Below are positions 1 to 9,667 of a stretch of 32,000 bases of DNA, piece after piece. Location of the stretch: the NCBI RefSeq assembly GCF_965228705.1, contig NZ_OZ245832.1, positions 1,565,340 to 1,597,339 on the forward strand. The letters are read 5' to 3'. Positions within the stretch are counted from its first letter, which is position 1. The number at the start of each line of letters is the position of its first letter. The notes under the pieces were generated by a model. It did no database searches, was not told the origin of the DNA, and was given only the letters and a program-made list of their open reading frames with translations. Origin of the DNA: Croceimicrobium sp. (GTDB taxonomy: Bacteria > Bacteroidota > Bacteroidia > Flavobacteriales > Schleiferiaceae). The position numbers and the translations under genes are program-made.

Positions 1-15
1 ATGCTGTTTTCATGT

Positions 16-960
16 TTAGCTAAGTTTAACCTCCTTAATTTGATTGATGTTTTGTTGAAACCACTGGTAAGTATCACTAATGCCTTCTTCCAGTCCTATT
101 TCTGGTGACCAGCCCATGGCTCTTAAAAGAGAACTGTCCATCCATTTACGAGGCGTACCATCTGGCTTAGTGGTATCCCATTGAATTTTACCCTGATGAC
201 CCACTACTTTTTGAATGTTTTCTGCCAATTCCTTTATGGATAAGTCGCTACCGCTACCTACATTGTAGAGGTTGTGCTCTAATCGATTACGAACCGCAAA
301 GCCTACTGCCTTTGCTAAATCATCAACATGCAGAAATTCCCGCATAGGAGATCCACTTCCCCATAAGCCTACCGGAGCATGATTGTTTTCCTTGGCCTCA
401 TGAAACTTGCGAATCATTGCTGGAAGTACATGAGAAGTTTGTAAATCAAAATTATCGAAGGGACCGTATAAATTAGTCGGCATTAAGCTTACGTAATCGT
501 AGCCAAATTGCTTGCGAATGGATTCAGTTGCTTTTACACCACTAATTTTAGCAATGGCATACCACTCATTTGTTGGTTCCAAAGGTCCGGTGAGCAAATA
601 CTCTTCCTTAAGAGGCTGAGGAGCCATTTTAGGGTAAATACAAGAACTACCCAAAAAAACAAACTTTTGAATATTGTTGGCAATAGAGGCACTGATCAGA
701 TTGTTTTGAATCTGCATATTTTCCATCAGAAACTGATAAGGAAAATCATTATTGGCCAGGATACCACCTACTCGTGCTGCAGCATCGATAATTACATCGG
801 GTTTCTCAGTGGCAATAAAATCGGAAACTGCCTGCTGGTTTCGCAAATCGAGTTCCTTGCTGCTTCGGCCGATTAGCTCGATATTTTCCGCACTATTTTC
901 GAAATGCCGCCAAATGGCTGAACCTACCATTCCGCGATGTCCGGCAATGTAAATCTTCAT
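16..960 (-). CDS. fcl: GDP-L-fucose synthase (GDP-4-keto-6-deoxy-D-mannose 3,5-epimerase/4-reductase)
   Basis: 314-aa ORF of the usual Fcl/WcaG length with N-terminal SDR motif 'IAGHRGMVGSA'. Fcl-like blocks 'GGILANNDFPYQFLMENMQIQNNLI', 'FLGSSCIYPK' and 'PTNEWYAIAKI' (YxxxK). It is the last gene of the locus in this window. Confidence 0.9.
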   Translation of the reverse strand: MKIYIAGHRGMVGSAIWRHFENSAENIELIGRSSKELDLRNQQAVSDFIATEKPDVIIDAAARVGGILANNDFPYQFLMENMQIQNNLISASIANNIQKFVFLGSSCIYPKMAPQPLKEEYLLTGPLEPTNEWYAIAKISGVKATESIRKQFGYDYVSLMPTNLYGPFDNFDLQTSHVLPAMIRKFHEAKENNHAPVGLWGSGSPMREFLHVDDLAKAVGFAVRNRLEHNLYNVGSGSDLSIKELAENIQKVVGHQGKIQWDTTKPDGTPRKWMDSSLLRAMGWSPEIGLEEGISDTYQWFQQNINQIKEVKLS

Positions 961-979
961 AAAATCAGGGATCTAATAA

Positions 980-2101
980 TTAGGCTTGTGCCTTAGCCAT
1001 AGTGGCACAAAGCTCGATATATTTTTTAGCCCGCTCTTGCGGACTGTCAAACTTTTTTAACTCTTGATGACCTTGCTCAACCAATTTAGCTTCCAATTGC
1101 TTATCATCTAACAATCGTTCAATTTGATCGGCGGCCGCTTCGGCATCTTTGGCTTTGAAATACAAGGCCGCCTCACCGCAAATGCTGCGAGCAAAACCTA
1201 AGTCGGTGGTAATAATAGGCTTATCCATTATCATCGCCTCGGGATAAGAGGCCGAGAAACACTCTGCCAAGGTTGGCAGGAACATGGCATCACATTCGCG
1301 ATATAAGGAAGGACATTCCCGGGGAGGAACTGGTCCCACACTTACAATATGATTTTGGCCTTTAAAGGCACGGTCAAATTCTTCGGGTTTAATGGTTAAA
1401 ACGAACTCGAAATTTTGGCGCCCACGTTCTTCTAATATCCGGGCTACCTCCTTAATCAACTCCAAATCCTTGTGAGGATAAAAAGCCGATATGGTTACAA
1501 AACGGTATAAAGCCTCAGGCTTAGCTGCTAATTTATTCGGAAAGGACTCGGGTTGCTTGTAATAAGTACTGGCAGTATTGGTAACGGTATACACCTTATC
1601 AAAGCCCAATTCCTTGCGCACCCTTTGATTCACATCATCTGTTTGCGTTACAAAAGCGCTTGCATCTCGTTTAAAGAAGTAATAATGCAGGATCTTCTTA
1701 AAGGCGAATTTAAGTCGACGTATACCGGAAAAGCTTTGCACAAATGGTGATTCCGGATAGATATATAAAGGCAAATTAAATCCTATAATCTGCGGCGCTT
1801 TGGAGTGAAAATACGTTGGCCCGGTGGTAGATATGATTACATCTGGCTTGTATTTCGCCTCCATGGCTTGCATAGCCCTATTAATGGCAAAGGACTTTCG
1901 CAAATTAATAGGGCCAAAATCGAAATTTTCAAAATGAAAATTCTCGGGAAATTCTTCATGATTGACCAATTTTTGAAGACCCGGTCCGAGCATGACAAAG
2001 TACTCATGTTCAGGAAAATCGCGACATTCATTTATGAAGGATAATGCCACTTGCACAGCTCCTCCAAAACGTTGATGTGCCGTATTAATCATCAATCTCA
2101 T
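980..2101 (-). CDS. glycosyltransferase, GT-B fold (GT1/GT4-like)
   Basis: 373-aa ORF. The C-terminal half has a Glycos_transf_1-like pattern ('FLPTLAECFSASYPEAMIMDKPIITTDLGFARSICGEAALYF'). Its start overlaps the stop of the upstream GT by 4 nt (ATGA at 2098-2101). Acceptor and donor are unknown. Confidence 0.75.
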   Translation of the reverse strand: MRLMINTAHQRFGGAVQVALSFINECRDFPEHEYFVMLGPGLQKLVNHEEFPENFHFENFDFGPINLRKSFAINRAMQAMEAKYKPDVIISTTGPTYFHSKAPQIIGFNLPLYIYPESPFVQSFSGIRRLKFAFKKILHYYFFKRDASAFVTQTDDVNQRVRKELGFDKVYTVTNTASTYYKQPESFPNKLAAKPEALYRFVTISAFYPHKDLELIKEVARILEERGRQNFEFVLTIKPEEFDRAFKGQNHIVSVGPVPPRECPSLYRECDAMFLPTLAECFSASYPEAMIMDKPIITTDLGFARSICGEAALYFKAKDAEAAADQIERLLDDKQLEAKLVEQGHQELKKFDSPQERAKKYIELCATMAKAQA

Positions 2102-3171
2102 GATGCAAGCATAAAGTTAAGGTAGTTCTTACAGATTTTTGACAGCTCAAAACTTTGCATCTGCTCCCGAGCTGCAGCTCCCAAACTTTCTCGCTTGCTA
2201 GCATCTGAAACCAGTAATTTAAGTTTAGCTATATAATCTTCATGATTCATTAAGTCAACTAAATAGCCACTTATCTCATTCTCAATTAAATCCGCAGGCC
2301 CAGCTTCACAATCAAAACTAATGACCGGACAGGCAGCACTCATTGCTTCACCTAAAGCATTAGGGAAGCCCTCAGAACTTGAGGTGAAAGCAAAAATCCC
2401 TGCTTCCTGATAATAGGGGCTAATGGGATTAACATTACCCAAGAATTCTATCTGCTCTTTCTTGGGGCTGCGGGCTGCTTTAGCTTTAACCTCTTCCCAT
2501 TTAGGGCCATCTCCCAAAAATCGCAGCGTCCAATCCGGATCCTCAATTTGCTCAAAATACTCAATGAGTAAATCCTGATGTTTGGAGGCTATAAAACGAC
2601 CGGCATTTAAGATCACTTTCTGACGATGCTGTTTGCCAGGTGTTATTTGCGGAACCGGGTTCGGTATAACTTTAATATTCTTATGTCCTGTAGCTTTATG
2701 CATCAGGTTTTTAGCTCTTTCCGTTTGCGCCACTATTCCAGCTGCTCTTCGGTACACCAGAGGGTTTAGTATATCCAGCACCCTTCCATAGCTAATAGAG
2801 GGCCGGCTGCGATCAGAGACAAATACTCTTTGCCCCTTACCTATGGCACTTAACAATACAAAAGCATTGTATTTGCCCCCAAAGGAAAGCGCGGCTCCGG
2901 ATTGTAATTTCTTCCACAGGGAACGCAGCCAGAAGAAGCTCTTTAAAGTAAACTTTAGGCGTCCGAGTTCTTCAATATTAAAGTCTGGTTCATGCACTTG
3001 AATCCTTGAATCCAAATCATAAAATCGAGGGCCTCGTGTCAGTAATATAAGATGTACTTGGTCGACCTCATTTATGAGCCAATTTGCCAAAAGAGAAATC
3101 ACCCTTTCTGCTCCCCCTGCGGAAAGCGAGGGGCTAATTAAGGTTATGGTTTTTACTGGAGTGGATTGCAC
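2098..3171 (-). CDS. glycosyltransferase family 4
   Basis: 357-aa ORF with N-terminal 'SLSAGGAERV' (GT4 N-domain) and a C-terminal EX7E-like region ('FAFTSSSEGFPNALGEAMSAACPVISFD'). Confidence 0.8.
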   Translation of the reverse strand: MQSTPVKTITLISPSLSAGGAERVISLLANWLINEVDQVHLILLTRGPRFYDLDSRIQVHEPDFNIEELGRLKFTLKSFFWLRSLWKKLQSGAALSFGGKYNAFVLLSAIGKGQRVFVSDRSRPSISYGRVLDILNPLVYRRAAGIVAQTERAKNLMHKATGHKNIKVIPNPVPQITPGKQHRQKVILNAGRFIASKHQDLLIEYFEQIEDPDWTLRFLGDGPKWEEVKAKAARSPKKEQIEFLGNVNPISPYYQEAGIFAFTSSSEGFPNALGEAMSAACPVISFDCEAGPADLIENEISGYLVDLMNHEDYIAKLKLLVSDASKRESLGAAAREQMQSFELSKICKNYLNFMLAS

Positions 3172-3177
3172 CTTAGC

Positions 3178-4190
3178 CTATTTGTAATAGGATTGATACC
3201 AATTAACAAATTGTTTTAAACCCTCGGCTATATTAGTACTGGGCTCATAGCCCACGTATTTTTTCAGACGATCTACCGAAGCATAGGTTTTGTAAACATC
3301 ACCCTCCTGCATTTCCATCATCTTCAATTCCGCTTTCTTACCCAAGGCTGTTTCCAGGGTTGGATAAAATCTAAAAGCTTCACCGGTTGATTATTTCCAA
3401 TGTTGAAGATTTGCGCCACTTTAGCAAAAGGTTCTTTACGGATTACTCCTATGACACCTTCCACAATATCATCGATAAAGGTGAAGTCGCGCCATAGTTC
3501 GCCATAGTTAAACACTTTAATAGGCTCTCCTTTAATGATAGCACGCGTAAAAAGGAAGGCGGCCATATCCGGTCGGCCCCAGGGACCATAAACCGTGAAA
3601 AAGCGAAGTCCTGTACATGGAAAGCCATACAAGTGATTATAGGTATGAGCCATTAGCTCATTGCTCTTTTTTGTAGCGGCATATAGACTTACGGGCTCAT
3701 CTACCCGGTCTGACTCTGAAAAGGGAACTTCACTTGTATTTCCATAAACGGAAGAACTGGAAGCGTATACCAAATGCTTTACATCATTTCGACGACAGGC
3801 TTCCAAAATATTGGCAAAACCCACGACATTGGACTGCACATATGCATCAGGATTTAATATTGAATACCGGACTCCAGCCTGAGCTGCAAGATGAAGGATT
3901 TGATAGGGCTTCTCCTCTTCTACCAGATGAAACAGACCATCTTTATTTGTAAGGTCTAATTGTAAGAAGCTTAATTTATCAAATTGGCTGCTTGCTGTTT
4001 TAGTTTGACGGATAAAGGTATCACTGTGCACATCAATACCCAATTCATTTAAACGATCCAATTTTAACTGAACATCGTAATAGGTATTGAGATTATCAAT
4101 GCCGATAATCTCATAGCCAAGGCCCAGTAATTTACGGGCAGTATGGTAGCCAATAAATCCGGCAATACCTGTAATTAAAATCTTTTGCAT
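3178..4190 (-). pseudogene. UDP-glucuronate 4-epimerase-like SDR, interrupted by a 1-nt frameshift near 3357-3362
   Basis: The 3324..4190 ORF has 'ITGIAGFIGYH', 'DNLNTYYDVQLKLDRL' and 'YAATK', typical of Cap1J/LpsL-type epimerases, but ends in aberrant 'PWKQPWVRKRN*'. The adjacent frame continues with 'TLETALGKKAELKMMEMQEGDVYKTYASVDRLKKYVGYEPSTNIAEGLKQFVNWYQSYYK*' (stop at 3178-3180), the expected C-terminus. The shift falls in a short run (plus-strand cc-a-ggg-tt-gg). Confidence 0.75.
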
Positions 4191-4282
4191 GCTTAGAGTT
4201 GCTTAGTGTGTATTCGTTTCTACCGAAACACTTCAATTAAAATTTAATCAATAATCTGAAGGATGGATTTACAGCAATGTGC

Positions 4283-6196
4283 TTAGGCATTAACTTCTGC
4301 TTTATTTATCCATTGATCATACCACATCTGGAACATCAAAATGTACCAGATCACCGGACTGTAATGCATCTTACGCTCATTGAATCTGCGTATTTCAGAC
4401 AATACAAATGGAACATTCAATAAGCCTGACCATTGCAAAGCTTCTTCAGACAGATATTTTTCTTGCAAGAAAAATAGGTCCTTACGCAACCATTCTAATA
4501 CAGGAATTGAAAAGCCCGTTTTTGGTCTTTCCATCATTTCCCTTGGAACGTACTCATGAACAATGTCCCTGAGAATATCCTTTCCAATTTTAGATCCGTC
4601 TTGATATTTAAAACTAAGAGGTAAGCGCGCCGAAAACTCCAATAAACGATGATCCAAAAAGGGCTCTCGTCCTTCCAGTGAAACACTCATGGTTGCTCGA
4701 TCAACCTTAGTGAGGATATCATTTTGAAGGTAATCCTGGTAATCAGCTAACATAAAGCTGTCTTCAGCCTGGCTTAGTTTTTTAACCTGAGATGCCTTTG
4801 CTTTAAGGTCCTTGGACTCGGGCTTGTTCGTCAATAATTTTGCGATATACTCCTCTGGCTTTCGCTTTGCGTAGTAAAATAACTTAGCCGCTTCTACATT
4901 TTCAGATGTATTAAGACTGGCTAAAAAAGAAGAAGCTTTATGTGCGGTTGCTTCATTCTTAATCCAGCTTTTGGCGAGAGGAGCCATTAAGGCCATTGCA
5001 GGCTTAAATGCCTTAGGCACTTTTTTAAGCTTGTTAAGATTGCTGGCTTGTTGAAAATAGCTGTTGTAACCAAAGAACAGCTCATCACCGGCATCCGCAG
5101 AGAGGGCCACCGTTACCTTTTGTTTAGCCAGCTTACTAACCAGAATTGTTGGAATTGCTGAACTATCTCCAAAAGGTTCATCGTAGAAAAAAGGTAAATC
5201 CTTGATGATTTCCTGAGCTTCTTTAGTAGAGCAGAAATACTCTGTATGATCAGTTCCCAGGTATTCTGCCGTTTCCTTCGCAAAAGGAGCCTCATTGTTC
5301 CCCTCTTCAAAACCTATAGTAAAGGTTTTTATCTTCTCCTGGGATTGCCCTTGAAGAATTGAGGTTACAGCGGTACTATCATATCCGCCACTTAAAAACA
5401 CCCCAACGGGAACATCTGCAACCATTCGGTATTGGCAAGCAGATTTCATTAATTCGTGCAATTGATTCTTAGCCTCATCATAGCTAAGCTTCAATTTAGG
5501 CTGACTATAAAAGGTACTGGGATCCCAGTATTTTTCTATCTCAATTTTCTTCGATGAAAGATCAATGGTCAGATGATGCCCAGGCTCTAATTTGAAAGTC
5601 TCTTTAAATATGGAATTAGGAGCTGCTATGTAGCCATACTGCAGGTACTCTGCCAATACTTCCGGAGCTATTTCCTTTTTAAAGTTTGGATGGGCCATAA
5701 GAGCTTTCAACTCCGATCCAAATAAGAAATGATCCTCTGATCGGAAATAATACAAAGGCTTTACCCCGGCACGATCGCGGCTTATGGAAAGTGTATTCTT
5801 TTCGCGATTGTAAATGGTGAACACGAACATGCCTATAAAGCGATGAACTGCATCCAATCCCCATTCATCGTAAGCATGTAAAATAACTTCTGTGTCTGAA
5901 TTGGAGTTAAACTCATGCCCTAAGGCAATTAGCTCATCTTTAATTTCCTGATAATTATATACTTCCCCATTAAATACACAAGAGAGATGTTTATAATGCA
6001 TGGGTTGGTGTCCTCCATGACTAAGATCTATAATGGACAAACGAGCTTGACCAAAACCAATTAGACAATGCTCATTCTCAAAAGTTTCAGCTCCACTATC
6101 ATCCGGCCCCCGATGGTGAAGACTGGCTACCATAGCTTGAAGGCTTTCGGTAGAAGCCGTCTTAGTAAAATCAATAAATCCTGCTATACCACACAT
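4283..6196 (-). CDS. asparagine synthase (glutamine-hydrolysing)-like amidotransferase, WbpS/AsnB-type
   Basis: 637-aa ORF with N-terminal nucleophile 'MCGIAGF' (Ntn glutaminase) and PP-loop 'VGVFLSGGYDST'. Length and architecture match the AsnB paralogues found in O-antigen loci. Confidence 0.85.
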   Translation of the reverse strand: MCGIAGFIDFTKTASTESLQAMVASLHHRGPDDSGAETFENEHCLIGFGQARLSIIDLSHGGHQPMHYKHLSCVFNGEVYNYQEIKDELIALGHEFNSNSDTEVILHAYDEWGLDAVHRFIGMFVFTIYNREKNTLSISRDRAGVKPLYYFRSEDHFLFGSELKALMAHPNFKKEIAPEVLAEYLQYGYIAAPNSIFKETFKLEPGHHLTIDLSSKKIEIEKYWDPSTFYSQPKLKLSYDEAKNQLHELMKSACQYRMVADVPVGVFLSGGYDSTAVTSILQGQSQEKIKTFTIGFEEGNNEAPFAKETAEYLGTDHTEYFCSTKEAQEIIKDLPFFYDEPFGDSSAIPTILVSKLAKQKVTVALSADAGDELFFGYNSYFQQASNLNKLKKVPKAFKPAMALMAPLAKSWIKNEATAHKASSFLASLNTSENVEAAKLFYYAKRKPEEYIAKLLTNKPESKDLKAKASQVKKLSQAEDSFMLADYQDYLQNDILTKVDRATMSVSLEGREPFLDHRLLEFSARLPLSFKYQDGSKIGKDILRDIVHEYVPREMMERPKTGFSIPVLEWLRKDLFFLQEKYLSEEALQWSGLLNVPFVLSEIRRFNERKMHYSPVIWYILMFQMWYDQWINKAEVNA

Positions 6197-6199
6197 ACC

Positions 6200-7321
6200 T
6201 TATTTCGAATAAAGTTGGCCCAAATCATCTGTACTCATAAAAATCACATCGGGATATTTCGTGGTCAGACGACCCAAAAGTTGATCCAATAACCGAAGGT
6301 TCTTTGTTCTGTTGTCCTCATCCAACCTTCCCATGAAGTTCACACGATGGCTGCTTATAACGGCCGGCTTTTTCCAAAAAAAGGCATTCTCAATTTCCTT
6401 GAAAGCCTGATCAACCAGTTCTGGTTTAGAGAGATGTTCTGAAGGTTCAAACATCACATTTCTAACGATTGACATCAATCCGGAACTGTTTCTTTTTGCT
6501 TGCCAATGGTATTTTTTCTCAATCTTTAATTCCAAGCCCGGAGCAGGAACCCTCTGTACATGAGTTCCTTGTAAATATTTTACGCCTTGTACCCACAAAT
6601 GCTGTTCTATTTGAGAAGACCATGTGTAACAAGGTGCGATGAAGCTTAGTGATTTAAAGCCCCAGATTTCCTCGAAGAGTTGCATACCGGAGTCAATTAT
6701 AGACTTCTCCGATTCATATTCATGAGAATAGGCGCGACCAAAAGAATCTAAATAGTCTTTTCTACCACTGGTTCTTCCTTGTCCCGCTACCGTAAACTGC
6801 CCTTCTAAAAAAGCATCCATAAAGCGCTGGTCCCCGGCCTGCAATGCCTCTAACCATCGATTCACATTTACGTGCTCTCGACCGTGAAATTGCATCTGAA
6901 TCAGACCATCTTTCAATCCCTGGTTATAAAGCTCCATTACAGAATCCGTTTCCGAATATTCGCTAAGCGTTTCTACAAAGCTTTTGTAATGGTATTCCTT
7001 ATAATTCGCCTTTTGAATCTTGTCGAAATCAGGATTGGCAACCACATTGTTTAAGGTAAATTTGGCCGGTTTCCCGTCTGCCCCTTTATACTTGGCCAAG
7101 ACTTCCAAAAGCCCGCTAAGATCTTGGTTTCTCTCAACCGCATCAAAGCGATTATAACTGCAATGGTCTACTAAATAGCCCTTACCTCTAAGCGTATCCA
7201 ATGATTTCTTGGATCGCGTGCGGATCATTCCCCAATCATCGCTTTCAAAAAGAACAATCTTCTTCTTGGTCGACTTGCCGAAGGAATTAAACAAATTCTG
7301 TTTGAGCGTGGTCTTGTTCAA
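6200..7321 (-). CDS. uncharacterised protein, possible divergent polysaccharide-deacetylase (CE4/NodB-like) fold
   Basis: 373-aa ORF lying 3 nt upstream of the AsnB-like gene and 6 nt downstream of fnlC. By eye it has NodB-like motifs: 'LFESDDWG' (D-D), 'FHGREH' (HxxxH), 'IAPCY' and 'ISSHRVNF'. The coding call is solid but the function is inferred only from these motifs. Confidence 0.45.
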   Translation of the reverse strand: MNKTTLKQNLFNSFGKSTKKKIVLFESDDWGMIRTRSKKSLDTLRGKGYLVDHCSYNRFDAVERNQDLSGLLEVLAKYKGADGKPAKFTLNNVVANPDFDKIQKANYKEYHYKSFVETLSEYSETDSVMELYNQGLKDGLIQMQFHGREHVNVNRWLEALQAGDQRFMDAFLEGQFTVAGQGRTSGRKDYLDSFGRAYSHEYESEKSIIDSGMQLFEEIWGFKSLSFIAPCYTWSSQIEQHLWVQGVKYLQGTHVQRVPAPGLELKIEKKYHWQAKRNSSGLMSIVRNVMFEPSEHLSKPELVDQAFKEIENAFFWKKPAVISSHRVNFMGRLDEDNRTKNLRLLDQLLGRLTTKYPDVIFMSTDDLGQLYSK

Positions 7322-7327
7322 TTTACT

Positions 7328-8479
7328 TTAAGCTTTCCAAACCGTTCTATTCACATAATCCGTATAACTCAAAATGATCTTAACCATTTTTTGAGACACG
7401 TTTGGCATGCTGTAATCGGCAACTTGTCTAAAGTCTCGCTGTTCTCCTACAGATTGCAATTCAACTTGCTTAATTCCCTGTAAGATTCGCTCAGGACTTA
7501 AGCCCACCATCATAACAGAGGCTTCCTCCATCGCCTCCGGGCGTTCATGAGCCTCGCGAATATTGAGAGCACGGAAATTTAAGATTGAAGACTCTTCCGA
7601 AATAGTACCGCTGTCTGACAATACTGCCTTGGCATTTACCTGTAAGGCATTATAATCTGAGAATCCCATCGGTTTTTGCCACTGAATAAGACTATTCAAG
7701 CTAATATCCGATTGCTTACTTTCTTTTATTTGCTCCAAGCGTTTGCGGGTGCGCGGATGGGTTGAAACTATAATCGGTAACTGGTACTCCTCGGCGAGAA
7801 TGTTTAAGGTTTCCAGAAGGTTGAAGAAGTTTCGATCCGAGGATATATTTTCTTCCCTATGTGCCGAAACAAGGAAATATTGGTTCTTCTCCAAATTCAG
7901 TTTCTGAAGAATATCAGAGGCTGCAATTTTGTCCTTATAGGCATCCAGGACTTCAAACATTGGAGATCCCGTTTTAATAATACGATCGGGAGACAATCCT
8001 TCGCGTAATAAGTATTCGCGGGCAATGGAAGAATAAGTCAGATTAATATCCGCTATGTGGTCAACAATTTTCCGGTTTGTTTCTTCCGGAACCCTTTGAT
8101 CAAAGCAGCGATTACCTGCTTCCATGTGGAAGATAGGAATCTTACGCTTCTTGGCGGGAATGGCGCATAAGCAGGAATTGGTATCACCTAAGACTAAAAA
8201 TGCATCAGGCTGTTCCTGCTCCAAAATTGGATCAATGGCAATTAAAATTTTACCTACCGTTTCGGTGGCATTGGCACCAGCTGCATTCAAGAAATGATCT
8301 GGCTTCCGTACTCCTAAATCTTCATAGAATACTTCATTAAGCTCAAAATCGTAATTCTGCCCGGTGTGTACAGTAATATGTTCTATCGCAGGACTTTCAT
8401 CAAGAGCATACATCACTCTAGATAATCGAATGATCTCAGGACGCGTACCTACAACGGTTAAAACCTTTAACTTCTTCAT
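7328..8479 (-). CDS. fnlC: UDP-2-acetamido-2,6-dideoxy-beta-L-talose 2-epimerase (non-hydrolysing UDP-GlcNAc 2-epimerase family; FnlC/Cap5G/WbjD-type)
   Basis: 383-aa ORF starting 'MKKLKVLTVVGTRPEIIRLS', with 'HTGQNYD' and 'VLGDTNS' blocks of the WecB family. It sits in the canonical fnlA-fnlB-fnlC order. Confidence 0.8.
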   Translation of the reverse strand: MKKLKVLTVVGTRPEIIRLSRVMYALDESPAIEHITVHTGQNYDFELNEVFYEDLGVRKPDHFLNAAGANATETVGKILIAIDPILEQEQPDAFLVLGDTNSCLCAIPAKKRKIPIFHMEAGNRCFDQRVPEETNRKIVDHIADINLTYSSIAREYLLREGLSPDRIIKTGSPMFEVLDAYKDKIAASDILQKLNLEKNQYFLVSAHREENISSDRNFFNLLETLNILAEEYQLPIIVSTHPRTRKRLEQIKESKQSDISLNSLIQWQKPMGFSDYNALQVNAKAVLSDSGTISEESSILNFRALNIREAHERPEAMEEASVMMVGLSPERILQGIKQVELQSVGEQRDFRQVADYSMPNVSQKMVKIILSYTDYVNRTVWKA

Positions 8480-8496
8480 TTTAAACTACCGTATTA

Positions 8497-9624
8497 TTAA
8501 TCTAGTTCAACTTTCTCAAACCAGGTATCTGGATCCTCTGGGTTATAAGGCTCATTAATCCAGAATACTGTTATCAATTCTTCTTGTCCAATATTTTTAA
8601 TGTTGTGCGTATACCAAATGGGCATATCAACATAAGATGGATTTTCACCATCTAATTCAAAATCCAAAACTTCATTGGTTCCAATTCTGCGTAACTGAAT
8701 TCTCGCCTTACCTTGAATTACTGCAAATCGCTCAATCTTACGTGTATGGAAATGTTCGCCTCTGGTAATCTCGGGACGTGTGGTTGAAAAAGAGGTTTGA
8801 CCGGATATTCCAGCTCGCATTAATTCTACAAAATGCCCTCGATTATCGCTATGCTTCGTAAAACGCCGTGGGAAATAATCTTTCTTGGGCATATAGCAGC
8901 GGTAGGTATTGAAGAGATTATGCTCAAATTTAGAGTTGATTTGTGGTATTTCTCCACCTTCCTGATATACCTCGCGATAGCCTTGAAGTAAAGCCAATAT
9001 TTCAGAAACCTTCGACTCAGAGCTATGATTCACGAGCAGTTCAGGCTCATTTACAGACTCATTGATATTCTTTACAATTTCGGATACCAATTCCCCAACA
9101 TAAATAAGCTTTAGATTACCATCAACATCAATGCGAGGCACATCATCATGCGCTACTTGATGACAGAAAGTGGCCACTACCGAATTATAAAAGGGCTGGC
9201 CGAAGGGACCAAAAACATTGGGAATTACCATACCAGTAAAAAGCGCTCCTGAACGCTTTGCCCAATCAGACAATGCTTCGCGTGCTTCTCGCTTCGATTT
9301 TCCGTAAATATTGTCTCTCTCCTCCTGAGTGGAAGAGGATATTAATACATGAGGACGACTATCCGTACGCTCTAAGGCTTCGATAAGCTTTTGAGTTAAG
9401 CCGGTATTCATTCGATAGATCTCCTCAGGATCATTATGGCGATTTAGGGCGGCCAAATGCACAATTACATCACACTTTGCCACAAAGTCATCCATTCCTT
9501 CAGGATTATCAAAATACCCTCTGTCAAATGGAACTAAGTCAAATTGCTCTTTATCTAAGCTAAGGGTTTGACTCAGGTGATAACCAACGAAACCATTTTG
9601 GCCGGTAATTCCAATTTTTTTCAT
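8497..9624 (-). CDS. fnlB: UDP-4-keto-6-deoxy-L-sugar reductase, CapF/FnlB/WbjC-type (N-terminal SDR plus C-terminal cupin)
   Basis: 375-aa ORF with 'GITGQNGFVGYHL' Rossmann motif. The C-terminal cupin is like that of Cap5F ('RGEHFHTRKIERFAVIQGKARIQLR...WYTHNIKNIG'). Confidence 0.8.
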   Translation of the reverse strand: MKKIGITGQNGFVGYHLSQTLSLDKEQFDLVPFDRGYFDNPEGMDDFVAKCDVIVHLAALNRHNDPEEIYRMNTGLTQKLIEALERTDSRPHVLISSSTQEERDNIYGKSKREAREALSDWAKRSGALFTGMVIPNVFGPFGQPFYNSVVATFCHQVAHDDVPRIDVDGNLKLIYVGELVSEIVKNINESVNEPELLVNHSSESKVSEILALLQGYREVYQEGGEIPQINSKFEHNLFNTYRCYMPKKDYFPRRFTKHSDNRGHFVELMRAGISGQTSFSTTRPEITRGEHFHTRKIERFAVIQGKARIQLRRIGTNEVLDFELDGENPSYVDMPIWYTHNIKNIGQEELITVFWINEPYNPEDPDTWFEKVELD

Positions 9625-9667
9625 GGTAAAATATTGTTGTTAGAAGTAGATTAGTTGGATGTAGACT

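Noticed and set aside
1-13. A possible start of a further minus-strand gene (ATG at 13..11, 'MKTA...'), which could be gmd.
   Set aside because: Only four codons are visible, too little to support a feature. It is mentioned only as context.
4191-4282. A small hairpin GTTTC-N4-GAAAC and repeated GCTTAG in the asnB/epimerase spacer, considered as a terminator or promoter.
   Set aside because: The stem is only 5 bp, with no T-tract and no TAnnTTTG box, so it is indistinguishable from chance.
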